From: an uncultured Gammaproteobacteria bacterium
GTDB lineage: Bacteria > Patescibacteriota > Patescibacteriia > Magasanikbacterales > GWA2-37-8
DNA: 64,000 bases
Reading direction: 5' to 3'
NCBI GenBank assembly: GCA_964536725.1
Contig: CAZHYJ010000005.1
Coordinates: 3,084-67,083, forward strand
In this document: positions 50,516 through 59,906 of the stretch, piece by piece
Position numbering within the stretch: position 1 is the stretch's first letter
Layout of the letters: each line of letters begins with the position of its first letter
Notes under the pieces: generated by a model
Databases searched by the model: none
What the model was told of the DNA's origin: nothing
What the model saw: the letters and a program-made list of their open reading frames with translations, nothing else
Made by a program: the position numbers and the translations under genes

Positions 50516-51751
50516 ATGTCCCCCAACCTAAAACGCATCCTCCTAATCGCCGGCCTCACAATTGTCACTGCGCTGATTGCCTACGGCCTCTATTTTATGT
50601 TTCAAAAGACCGCCCCTGGAAGCAAAATCCCTGGACAAACCACAACTACTACCGGCGGAAAATTACCCACTGCCGGAGAACGCCAGCCGGGTGCCACCAC
50701 CACCCCCGGCACCATTGGTCCAGATGGACAACTACTCCCCACCGCCGGATATATCCCCCAAACCACACCGAACTATTACAAACCAACTCCGGTAACACAA
50801 ATCACTTCTGACTATGCCACCTTTCCTTCTTTAAGTAAAAATAATGCATTGCGCTATTACAATTCATCCGACGGAAAGTTTTATCGCGTTCTACCAGACG
50901 GCTCAATCAAAGAACTGGCCGACCAGGTATTTTACAATGTACAAAAAATCACTTGGGCAAATACAAAAGATGAGGCCGTATTAGAATACCCCGATGGCGC
51001 GAAAATAATCTACAATTTTGAAACAAAAAAACAAGTCTCAATTCCGAGTCACTGGGAAGACTTTTCTTTTTCTCCCGAGAGCAATGAACTCGCCGCTAAA
51101 AGCATCGGCCTCTCTCCGGAAAATCGCTGGTTGATAACTTTTAATGACGATGGTACTGGCACCAAGCTCATTGAACCAATGGGAGAAAACGCGGACAAAG
51201 TACAAATTGCTTGGTCCCCTAGCCGTCAAGTTGTTGCCTTTTCACAAACCGGCGAACCTTTAGGACTAGACAGAAAAGAAGTATTGTTGGTCGGTTTAAA
51301 CGGTGAAAATTTTAAATCAACCATTGTGGAAGGAAATGATTTTCGTCCCCAATGGTCACCTACCGGCAGCCGTTTACTTTACAGCGTCTACAGCGCACGC
51401 AGTAGCTATCAACCAGAATTATGGATTGTTGATGCCTACGGCGAAAACATCGGTGACAACCGCCAATTATTAAAAATAAATACTTGGGCAGATAAATGTA
51501 CTTTTCAAAACAACACGACTTTGTATTGCGCTGTACCACGCAACCTACCAGAAGGATCAGGAATGTTGCCAGAATTAGCTGCCGGTGTTTATGATGACTT
51601 GTACAAAATTGATCTAAAAACTGGTTTAAAAACCGGCATACCACTAGGTGCAGACTACGAAATCAACAATATTTCTTTTGACACTGCGGGAGAAAAAGTA
51701 TTTTTTACTTCCAAAAGTCAAACTGGTATTTTTGAAGTAAAATTAAAATAG
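50516..51751 (+). CDS. Membrane-anchored TolB-like beta-propeller (PD40-repeat) protein
   Basis: N-terminal TM, Thr/Pro-rich linker, then PD40-like repeats (IAWSPSRQVVAFS; PQWSPTGSRLLYS). Confidence 0.5.
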   Translation: MSPNLKRILLIAGLTIVTALIAYGLYFMFQKTAPGSKIPGQTTTTTGGKLPTAGERQPGATTTPGTIGPDGQLLPTAGYIPQTTPNYYKPTPVTQITSDYATFPSLSKNNALRYYNSSDGKFYRVLPDGSIKELADQVFYNVQKITWANTKDEAVLEYPDGAKIIYNFETKKQVSIPSHWEDFSFSPESNELAAKSIGLSPENRWLITFNDDGTGTKLIEPMGENADKVQIAWSPSRQVVAFSQTGEPLGLDRKEVLLVGLNGENFKSTIVEGNDFRPQWSPTGSRLLYSVYSARSSYQPELWIVDAYGENIGDNRQLLKINTWADKCTFQNNTTLYCAVPRNLPEGSGMLPELAAGVYDDLYKIDLKTGLKTGIPLGADYEINNISFDTAGEKVFFTSKSQTGIFEVKLK

Positions 51752-51760
51752 AATAAATAT

Positions 51761-52414
51761 ATGAAACACATCCACAAATTCTATTTGATACTCGGTCTTT
51801 CAGTCTTGGTGCTCGCGAGTATTTTTTTCTGGCAGGCAAAGAAAGCGATTAACATCCGCGTCACTCAAAATGAAACACCCTTAATCAGTGAACAAATCTA
51901 TAATATTTCCCTTGCTGATGATGAAGCGGTGCGCGGAAATCCAGGGGCAGCCATAACCATCATAGAATATTTGGATTTAAACTGCACCGATTGTGTAGAT
52001 AAATACAACGAACTCAACAACTTGGTTGACAAAAATCCGGCCAAATTACGCCTGGTATTAAAATTAGCGGACACTAGCGGACTTTTTGCTCATAACTCAC
52101 AATATGTGAACACTGCTGCATATTGTGCCAACCAACAAAAACGCTATTGGTTATTTTTAGACTCTTTAATGACCAAAGAAAAACGTTGGAGTGAAGAGAC
52201 TATTTTGGCCGCTGCCAGTGAAGCAAAAATCAACCTGACTACTTGGAACAAATGTCGCGAAAACGAAACCACAATCGCCGCAGTAAATTTATCTTTACAA
52301 CTTGCCAAAGAACTGGGTGTAAACACTTCGCCTACCATATTTGTCAACAATCAAAAAATTGACCCTCAAACAGAGGTCAGTTTTACCGAAATAATTAACA
52401 AATTTATCCAGTAA
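51761..52414 (+). CDS. DsbA-like thiol:disulfide oxidoreductase
   Basis: N-terminal TM, CxxC (LDLNCTDCVDKY), thioredoxin-fold length, and an extra Cys pair (YCANQQ...KCREN). Immediately upstream of the two Cys-rich paralogs. Confidence 0.7.
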   Translation: MKHIHKFYLILGLSVLVLASIFFWQAKKAINIRVTQNETPLISEQIYNISLADDEAVRGNPGAAITIIEYLDLNCTDCVDKYNELNNLVDKNPAKLRLVLKLADTSGLFAHNSQYVNTAAYCANQQKRYWLFLDSLMTKEKRWSEETILAAASEAKINLTTWNKCRENETTIAAVNLSLQLAKELGVNTSPTIFVNNQKIDPQTEVSFTEIINKFIQ

Positions 52415-52417
52415 AAT

Positions 52418-54016
52418 ATGACAAAAAAAGTGGCGCAAAAAGTTTTGGTAGTTGCAATATTAATGATTGCTGCCATCTGGCCGCACGCCACTCTTTTGGC
52501 CGCTACAGATTTACCAATCGGATCACCTTGTAAAGATAATTCAGACTGTAGATCGAATGATTGTGAAACAAGTGAAAAAAAAGATGCAAGCAACAACAAC
52601 TTGCGGTTTTGTGACTGTAACGATGCCGGTGACTGCCAACAACAATACGGCGCCCCAGCCAGCGGGGTGTGGAAGTGCGTAGACGGAGCGTCGGTAACTG
52701 CGGATTTGGACTATTGCATAAATGAAGCTAATAATAGAATAGAGTCAACACTGCCTGAATATGAGACTAACACTTCGTTAATGGGCAGACTACACACCGC
52801 TCTTTTTGACACCAAAGCGTTGCAAGCCACCTTGATGCAAGAAGTAATGACTTTTAAGCCCGGACTAGAAATCCGCTTACCTGGATTAGAATTTAGCGAC
52901 TTAGCAAAAAAAGTAGACGAGGAAGGCTTCTTGCATATTCCCTGGATTGGAGAATTTTTAAAAGCAATATACAATTTTGGACTTGCTATAATTAGTATCG
53001 TGGCAGTGGTGATGATAATAATGCAAGGAGCAAAAATTATTGTTTCCGGCGGCGAATCAAAAGTGGAAGGTTACAAAAAAATCGGACAGATTGCGATCGG
53101 TTTGATGATCGCTTGGGGGTCTTATGCCATACTTTATACAATCAATCCGGCGTTGGTTCAGTTTAATAGTTTAAAAGTAAAATATATTGAAAAAAAACCA
53201 TTAACACTTGAATTTTTATCTAATGAGTCATATCAAAAAATCACAGGAAATGCTGTAATGTCAAAATCTGACTCTTTCCAAAAAGCCAAAGAAATGAGCG
53301 CGGCAGCTGGTTTTGATCCTTGTGTTATGCAAGCCATCCTATTAACTGAATCTGGTGGTAATCCGGCCGTAATTGGACACGATGAAAATGCTGGCGTCGC
53401 CAAACCGATACCAGCTCGAAGAGAATTTTTGCTATCAGGAAAAAAATATTCCGGAGCAACATTTGACCCCTCTCCTGGAACCAGTAATAATTTTGATGTT
53501 AATGAGAATAAAAGAAAAATATGGAATGATGATGGTGGAAAAAATTTAAATACCGCCGTTGGCCCACCAGATTATGGACTCGATTGGAGATTCACCCACG
53601 GATTCGGATTAGGACAGATCACAATAACCGGAAAAGAATATTGTTCACCTGGTGTTAGAGGTGCAAAAAGATGTGGTAAGTGCTATACCATTCCTGAGCT
53701 ATTATCTCCACAATCTTCAATTGAAATCTCTATTTGTCTAATGAAAAAAAATATAGAAAAGGCAAAAAGTAAGGGTTGGAAAAGTGAAGACGATATTATA
53801 CGCGCCGCCTTTTGGGGATTTGCTGCTGGACCTGGCAATATACCCAGCCCATCTTCTGGTAGCGAAATACTCTACGGAAAAAAAGCAGACGGCACAAGAA
53901 AACCTGGTGATACAAAATGGGAACCATACAAACAATGTAAAAGTAATCCGACTGTACCAAAAGAATTAACACCCGACCCAGAGGATCCCAAGGAGATTGA
54001 ACCGGAACAATCGTAG
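52418..54016 (+). CDS. Cys-rich secreted protein with a VirB2/TrbC-like hairpin plus a C-terminal lytic-transglycosylase (SLT)-like domain
   Basis: Signal peptide and Cys-rich N-domain (PIGSPCKDNSDCRSNDCETSEKKDASNNNLRFCDC). Hairpin AIISIVAVVMIIMQGAKIIVSGGESKVEGYKKIGQIAIGLMIAWGSYAILYTINPAL. C-terminal LLTESGGNPAVIG ... GFGLGQIT resembles SLT family-1 motifs (ES..NP.A; GLMQI). Confidence 0.55.
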   Translation: MTKKVAQKVLVVAILMIAAIWPHATLLAATDLPIGSPCKDNSDCRSNDCETSEKKDASNNNLRFCDCNDAGDCQQQYGAPASGVWKCVDGASVTADLDYCINEANNRIESTLPEYETNTSLMGRLHTALFDTKALQATLMQEVMTFKPGLEIRLPGLEFSDLAKKVDEEGFLHIPWIGEFLKAIYNFGLAIISIVAVVMIIMQGAKIIVSGGESKVEGYKKIGQIAIGLMIAWGSYAILYTINPALVQFNSLKVKYIEKKPLTLEFLSNESYQKITGNAVMSKSDSFQKAKEMSAAAGFDPCVMQAILLTESGGNPAVIGHDENAGVAKPIPARREFLLSGKKYSGATFDPSPGTSNNFDVNENKRKIWNDDGGKNLNTAVGPPDYGLDWRFTHGFGLGQITITGKEYCSPGVRGAKRCGKCYTIPELLSPQSSIEISICLMKKNIEKAKSKGWKSEDDIIRAAFWGFAAGPGNIPSPSSGSEILYGKKADGTRKPGDTKWEPYKQCKSNPTVPKELTPDPEDPKEIEPEQS

Positions 54017-54042
54017 TTATAAAAATACTAGCTAAACAAAAT

Positions 54043-55686
54043 ATGCCAGTCAGAAAAAAAATATTCCTATCAATAATTTTTGCCTTGCTGTTTTTTGTGT
54101 TACAGACATCTACGACATCGGCTGTTGACAAACTTCCTATTGGATCGCCTTGCAGTGGGCCTGTCAGTGGCAATTCAGAATGCCGTTCAAACGACTGTGA
54201 GGGCAGCCAAAAGAAAGATGCTTCCGGCAAAACCTTAAGTTTTTGTGACTGCGTTACTGCTAATGATTGTAACATTGAATATGGCACCCCGACTACCGGA
54301 AAATGGGAGTGCAGTGATGGTGCTGCGTATACTTATAATTCTGATTATTGTTATAACGCCACCACCAGAGAAGTTAAAACAGCTTCAGGTATAAACAAAA
54401 ATGCCACCCCCATAAGCAAATTAACAGATGCAATTTTTGACTCCCCTGCCACCCAGGCCGCATTGTTAGAAAAAGTAAAAACCTTTACACCTAATTTGGA
54501 AATTACAATTCCTGGAGTTGAATTCAGCAACCTAGCAGACACCACCGACGAAGAAGGGTATTTAAACATCCCTTGGATTGGAGAATATATTGTCGGTGTC
54601 TATACTTACGCCTTGGGTATCGCTGCCATTATCGCAGCTATTATGATTATTATCGCCGGTGTACGCTGGACTACTTCTGGTGGGAACAGCGAAGCAATTG
54701 GCAGTTCAAAAAAACGTATTGGCGGTGCATTAGTTGGCCTACTAATCGCCTACCTTTCTTACGCAGTATTAAATATTATCAATCCCGGATTAACAACGTT
54801 CAAAAGTTTAAAAGTAAAATATATTGAACGAGAAGAAATTCTTTTTGGTGACAATACTATGGATGAAACAGACGACAACACTGGTATTAAAAATACTGAC
54901 AACGCTAGTGATGCTGGATTTTCAGAAAAATTTTCAGAATGTCCAATCAAAATGAGTTCAGGGCCAATTACGAAAATTGGTAAAAATAATAAACCGATAC
55001 CAGATCCAACAGGAAATCAATCTCGAAAACAAGAATTTGTTCAAAAAATATTGGACAACAAAATTCTTACCGGTGACTTCAGCAATCGTGCAATGATGGC
55101 AGCAGAAGCAGCTTCCAAATGTAAAATTTATTTTGGAACCTGCGGACAAGGAACTACTGCTATTTACGCTTTAGCTGGAGTAAACGGTAGTTTCGGCCTT
55201 AATAACAAATGTCTTAAACAAACATGTAATATGGGAGGCGATCCAATAATAAAGAAGCAAACGGTCCGTTCAGTTTACTCTACTAAGATTGGTGGTGTAA
55301 GTGTAGGAAAACTTCTACAAGGCATGATGTGCGAGGGAGTTCCTGTGTGCAAAGGCGCTGGCTGGGATGTAAACTGGAAAGAACAGTGCTTTACAGACCC
55401 AAAAGCGGCATCAAATAAATTAAAGGAGCTACTAAAAACCACCGGAAAATGGGACGAGGAGCAGTGGTTTAATGATTTGAAACCAGGTGATTATTATAAT
55501 ATTGCAAACTGGAACTCTACTTGTTCGCCAACACATTCTGCTATGTTTTTGGGGTGGAAAGACAAAGCAAACCATGTCGCATTTGAAGCAAGCGGAGATG
55601 CAGGAAATTTTTTTCGTATTTCTACGCGTGATTTTGATAAAAAAGGTGTTGTAATTATTATGATTGAAAGGCCTCAAGATAAATAA
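54043..55686 (+). CDS. Cys-rich secreted protein with a VirB2/TrbC-like hairpin plus a possible C-terminal CHAP/NlpC-P60-like peptidase domain
   Basis: N-domain PIGSPCSGPVSGNSECRSNDCEGSQKKDASGKTLSFCDC parallels 52418. Hairpin [57 protein letters not shown]. The C-terminus has a Cys (FGTCGQG), then a His about 115 aa later (THSAMFLGW), then NHVAFE. Confidence 0.5.
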   Translation: MPVRKKIFLSIIFALLFFVLQTSTTSAVDKLPIGSPCSGPVSGNSECRSNDCEGSQKKDASGKTLSFCDCVTANDCNIEYGTPTTGKWECSDGAAYTYNSDYCYNATTREVKTASGINKNATPISKLTDAIFDSPATQAALLEKVKTFTPNLEITIPGVEFSNLADTTDEEGYLNIPWIGEYIVGVYTYALGIAAIIAAIMIIIAGVRWTTSGGNSEAIGSSKKRIGGALVGLLIAYLSYAVLNIINPGLTTFKSLKVKYIEREEILFGDNTMDETDDNTGIKNTDNASDAGFSEKFSECPIKMSSGPITKIGKNNKPIPDPTGNQSRKQEFVQKILDNKILTGDFSNRAMMAAEAASKCKIYFGTCGQGTTAIYALAGVNGSFGLNNKCLKQTCNMGGDPIIKKQTVRSVYSTKIGGVSVGKLLQGMMCEGVPVCKGAGWDVNWKEQCFTDPKAASNKLKELLKTTGKWDEEQWFNDLKPGDYYNIANWNSTCSPTHSAMFLGWKDKANHVAFEASGDAGNFFRISTRDFDKKGVVIIMIERPQDK

Positions 55687-57028
55687 AAATATGAAACAAA
55701 CTATTCTGTTCCATTGTTCCCACTGCAATGCCCAATTCCAAAAATGGATTGGACGTTGTTTGGAATGCGGACAATGGGGAACGATTGAAAAGTCACAATT
55801 GATTGGTGAAAATACTAGTAAAAAAGAGGTTGCCGAATATGCTCCGGTTAAAACAGTTGGATTAAAAGAAATCGAAGGTAAAAACACTCTACGGATAAAA
55901 ACCAAAACCGAAGAGTTGGATCGCGTATTGGGCGGGGGTATCGTCCCTGGCAGCTTAATTCTCCTAGGAGGCGAACCTGGAATTGGTAAATCTACTTTGG
56001 CCTTACAACTCGCCACTCTCCTCTCCCCCACTTTGTATTTCTCCGGAGAAGAATCCGTTGAACAAATTAAATTACGCGCTGACCGTTTAAAAATTTCTGG
56101 CGCTGGTTTAGAAATCGGCAACTCATCAGTGGTGGAAAATATCATTGCTACTATCAAGACAAAAAAACCAAAACTAGCCATTATCGACTCCATCCAAACC
56201 GCTCGCTCCAATGAAGCCGACGGTGAAAGTGGTAGTATCACCCAAGTTCGTGCCGCCACTGTTAAGTTTATGGAAACAGCTAAGACTACTGGTACCACGA
56301 TTGTTTTGATCGGCCAGGTCACCAAAGAAGGTGGTGTTGCTGGACCAAAGACATTGGAGCATCTGGTGGATGTGGTGATGTATTTAGAAGGTGATAAATA
56401 TCATCAATATCGTATCCTCCGTGCTGCCAAGAATCGCTTTGGCTCTACTGATGAAATTGGTGTATTCTCAATGACCGAAAATGGATTAGAAGAAGTGAAA
56501 AATCCTTCTGCCGCCTTTTTGTCCGGTCGTGGAGATCCGGTGCCCGGTACTGCAATCACCTGTCTAATGGAAGGCACCCGACCGATTCTTGTTGAAGTTC
56601 AGGCCCTCGTTACCAAAACCAATTTTGGCTACCCACAACGCCGTGCCTCTGGATTCGATTTAAACCGCTTACAAGTTTTAATCGGTGTTTTATCCAAACG
56701 CGCCAAATTACCACTTGAATCATTTGATGTGTTTTTAAATGTGGTCGGTGGAGTTAACGTGGAAGAGCCGGCTGCAGATCTGGCGGTAATCCTCGCTCTC
56801 GCCTCCGCTTTAAAAGAAAAAACTTTACCGGCTGATTTAGCAGCATTCGGTGAAGTGGGATTAGGAGGAGAGGTACGACCAGTGGCACAACAAAAAAGAC
56901 GTTTGGAAGAAATTAAAAAAATGGGATTAAAATTTGCAGTGACACCAGTAATGAATGAAAAGATTGGTGATATAAAAATAGCACCGATAAAGAATGTGCA
57001 AGAAGTGGTGGAAAAAATAGTGAAATAA
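55664..57028 (+). CDS. radA: DNA repair protein RadA (Sms)
   Basis: Zn ribbon CSHCNAQFQKWIGRCLECGQWG, RecA-like Walker A GGEPGIGKSTL, KNRFG motif and a Lon-like C-terminal domain. Confidence 0.92.
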   Translation: MKGLKINKNMKQTILFHCSHCNAQFQKWIGRCLECGQWGTIEKSQLIGENTSKKEVAEYAPVKTVGLKEIEGKNTLRIKTKTEELDRVLGGGIVPGSLILLGGEPGIGKSTLALQLATLLSPTLYFSGEESVEQIKLRADRLKISGAGLEIGNSSVVENIIATIKTKKPKLAIIDSIQTARSNEADGESGSITQVRAATVKFMETAKTTGTTIVLIGQVTKEGGVAGPKTLEHLVDVVMYLEGDKYHQYRILRAAKNRFGSTDEIGVFSMTENGLEEVKNPSAAFLSGRGDPVPGTAITCLMEGTRPILVEVQALVTKTNFGYPQRRASGFDLNRLQVLIGVLSKRAKLPLESFDVFLNVVGGVNVEEPAADLAVILALASALKEKTLPADLAAFGEVGLGGEVRPVAQQKRRLEEIKKMGLKFAVTPVMNEKIGDIKIAPIKNVQEVVEKIVK

Positions 57029-57047
57029 AAAACAAGCATAAAAAAAT

Positions 57048-57080
57048 CTCCCGACCAGAATATGGTCGGGAGTTTGTATT
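57048..57080 (+). terminator. Intrinsic terminator after radA
   Basis: Stem ctcccgacc/ggtcgggag with loop agaatat, followed by tttgtatt. Confidence 0.7.
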
Positions 57081-57192
57081 AGATAGGACCGACGACGGAC
57101 ACATCCAGTTTGTTGCGCTACGTAAACGCATCAAACTTTTTGTATTCGTCGTCGGGTATGGGCGGAAAAATGCGGGATACACGGGGAAAGGA

Positions 57193-57414
57193 TCAGAACG
57201 AGAGCCGACCCACTACCGGAACGTACTTGAACGTCCGGACGGTAGCTGCCGTCGGAACGACGAGACGTACCCGACGCGGACGACAGCGCGTGACCGGAGC
57301 TGCCCAGCCACAGCGCAGCATCTTCTCCTCGTCCTTGCTGCGGATCTTCCGCATCAAGGACTTCCTGGCACGCCGCTCCAGACACTCCTGCTTCACCTTG
57401 TTGCAAAACCCCAT
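57193..57414 (-). CDS. Small basic hypothetical ORF on a moderately GC-rich island (uncertain)
   Basis: About 350 bp of roughly 58% GC. 73-aa Arg/Lys-rich ORF (MGFCNKVKQECLERRARKSLMRKIRSKDEEKMLRCG...) with a G-rich stretch before the ATG. This could equally be a noncoding element. Confidence 0.25.
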   Translation of the reverse strand: MGFCNKVKQECLERRARKSLMRKIRSKDEEKMLRCGWAAPVTRCRPRRVRLVVPTAATVRTFKYVPVVGRLSF

Positions 57415-57520
57415 TCTTCCCCCCTAGGAAGAAACCAACCCGACCGAAATTGGCAGGAATGAAGGACCTAATGTCCTCACAATTCCCAAGCGGGTTGAAA
57501 ACGAAGCTCAGTATATCAAA

Positions 57521-57554
57521 AAACCGAACAAAAGTCAATGTTTGCTCGGTTTTA
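57521..57554 (-). terminator. Intrinsic terminator after recG
   Basis: Minus-strand hairpin aaaaccgagcaaacattgacttttgttcggtttttt followed by a T-run. Confidence 0.65.
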
Positions 57555-57576
57555 ATGCAAAATATATCCATTAACC

Positions 57577-59649
57577 TTATTCCCAGTGCACCCCATCAAT
57601 TTTCTTGAAATTCTTTAAAACTTGCGCATATTTTTTCGGTTCTTCTACCACTTTGGTCGCCCAAACTCGCGCATCTTTTATTATTTCCCTGTCCCCCAAA
57701 TTTGCCAATTTCAAATCCATCTGCCCACTCTGCTCAACACCATACACCTCCCCCGGACCGCGCTTCGACAGATCATATTCCGCTAATTTAAATCCGTCCA
57801 GGTTCTTTTCAAAAAAATTCAGTCGCTCCAACACACCACTACTATCATTTCCAGAAAAAACCAAACAATACGACTGATGAACACTGCGCCCCACTCGCCC
57901 ACGGAACTGATGCAGTTGCGCCAGACCAAAGCGCTCTGCCCCCTCAATCATCATCACACTCGCATTTGGGATATCTACCCCCACCTCAATCACCGCCGTC
58001 GAAACCAAAATATCAATTGCGCCATTTTTAAATTTACTCATCACCTCTTCTTTTTCCCGACCCAACATTTTCCCATGCAAATACCCAACACGTAAATCAG
58101 AAAAAATTTGTTTAGATAATTTTTCGTATTCTGTCAAAACACTTTTCTTTTCACTTCCCAAATTTTTATCTTCAATCAACGGACACACCACGAATGCTTG
58201 ACGACCGCTTTTTACTTGGGCACGAATAAAATCATATGCCTTAATACGATTCGCCGCTGAAACAACACGGGTGATAATCGGCTTACGCCCCACGGGCAGC
58301 TCATTGATAACCGACAGATCTAAATCGCCATAGACCGTCAGTGCTAGCGAACGCGGGATTGGCGTGGCAGTCATGCTTAAAAAATGCGGCCTCCTGCTAT
58401 CTGCCATTTTTTCTTTCAATGCTTTCCTTTGTTCCACCCCAAAACGATGCTGTTCGTCCACCACCACCATACCTAAATTTCTAAAATTAATTTTTTCACT
58501 CAGAAGAGCGTGTGTACCGATTACCAAAAGCAACTCACCCGCATTAGTTTTTTCTACTAAAAGATTTTTTTGTTTGGCAAAACTTCCACCTAATTCTTCT
58601 CCACTAACCCGCGCCTGACTACGTGTTAACAGGCCAATTTTTATTGGCAATTCAGAAAACAACTGATTTAATGAGTTAAAATGCTGAGTGGCCAGTATCT
58701 CGGTTGGGGCCATAAATACGGTCTGCAGACCATTTAACGCCGTATTGTACCCTGCCAGAGCTGCTACTACAGTTTTTCCTGAACCAACATCACCCGACAA
58801 CAAACGGTTCATTGGATGACCTTTTCCCAAATCACCCAAAATCTCCCAAGCCGATATTTTCTGTGATTTAGTCAAAGTAAACGACAGGCTGTCCACAAAT
58901 TCCTTAATCTCTTTTTCTTGAAATTTTATCGCTACTGCTTTTTCTTTTTCGCGTCGCGAACGTTCGATTGCCGAATGTATCTGCAGAGAAAACAGTTCGT
59001 CAAATTTAAGGCGGCGCAAACATTCGGTTAAGTCTTTTTCGTCAGTGGGAAAATGCAGCCCCTTAATCGCCGCACCAATCGGTACCAAATCTTCACCTTC
59101 TAAAATATCACTCGGCAACCACTCCGGGATTTTACTTACTAGCGGTAAAACCTGACTAATCAAAAAGCGCAATTGCTTTTCCGACAAACCTGCAGTCAGA
59201 GGATACACCGGCACTAGACGCGCCGTGTGGGTCGTTTCTTTTTTGCCAATCTTTTCATACACCGGACTGACAAATTGCACCCCCAACATATCACCAGTCA
59301 CCTTGCCGGACAAAGAAATATCATCACCAATTTTTAAAACTTTTGTTAGATACGGCTGATTAAACCAAATCACTCGTACCGCACCCGTACTATCCTCAAC
59401 CAAAGCTTCTGTAATATTTTTTCGCGTTTTAAAACTTCTTCGGCTAGCGATTAAATTTATCCGACCATTCACAGTCACCACATCGTCCGGTTTCAGATCT
59501 TTAATCGCTACAACTTTGCGAAAGTCGTCGTAGCGAAAAGGGAAATAATACAAAAGATCCCGGGCAGTTTTAATACCAAGATTTTCTAGTTTTTTAACAA
59601 GCACTTTGCCAATACGATTGAGTTGCGAGACAGAATCTGACAATTCCAT
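57577..59649 (-). CDS. recG: ATP-dependent DNA helicase RecG
   Basis: Wedge/OB N-terminal domain, helicase motifs (DVGSGKT; DEQHRFG; QFRGRVGRS). About 690 aa. Confidence 0.92.
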   Translation of the reverse strand: MELSDSVSQLNRIGKVLVKKLENLGIKTARDLLYYFPFRYDDFRKVVAIKDLKPDDVVTVNGRINLIASRRSFKTRKNITEALVEDSTGAVRVIWFNQPYLTKVLKIGDDISLSGKVTGDMLGVQFVSPVYEKIGKKETTHTARLVPVYPLTAGLSEKQLRFLISQVLPLVSKIPEWLPSDILEGEDLVPIGAAIKGLHFPTDEKDLTECLRRLKFDELFSLQIHSAIERSRREKEKAVAIKFQEKEIKEFVDSLSFTLTKSQKISAWEILGDLGKGHPMNRLLSGDVGSGKTVVAALAGYNTALNGLQTVFMAPTEILATQHFNSLNQLFSELPIKIGLLTRSQARVSGEELGGSFAKQKNLLVEKTNAGELLLVIGTHALLSEKINFRNLGMVVVDEQHRFGVEQRKALKEKMADSRRPHFLSMTATPIPRSLALTVYGDLDLSVINELPVGRKPIITRVVSAANRIKAYDFIRAQVKSGRQAFVVCPLIEDKNLGSEKKSVLTEYEKLSKQIFSDLRVGYLHGKMLGREKEEVMSKFKNGAIDILVSTAVIEVGVDIPNASVMMIEGAERFGLAQLHQFRGRVGRSVHQSYCLVFSGNDSSGVLERLNFFEKNLDGFKLAEYDLSKRGPGEVYGVEQSGQMDLKLANLGDREIIKDARVWATKVVEEPKKYAQVLKNFKKIDGVHWE

Positions 59650-59906
59650 ACCAACTCATTATATCAGATAGACAGCAAAAAACCACCAACTTGGTGGTTT
59701 TCAAAAACATACTATCCACATCAACTAAGAAAAAAATTCTTAACTAATACAGATCAGGGACGGCCATTAGCGCCGTCCCTAGTTATGCTCTTTTATCAAC
59801 TTTGCACACCCGAAAGTGCCGCAAGGTTAGAACAGGCCGAGCAGGCCTTGAGGTTAGTCACCTCTTTTTTCCACACCACCTCTTTGGTGTGGAGAGGTTG
59901 AAGAAT

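Noticed and set aside
59757-59905. GC hairpins downstream of the 59907-60581 gene as a canonical intrinsic terminator
   Set aside because: On the transcribed (minus) strand the stems are followed by A-rich rather than U-rich sequence. They may be factor-dependent or structural, and were not called as intrinsic terminators.
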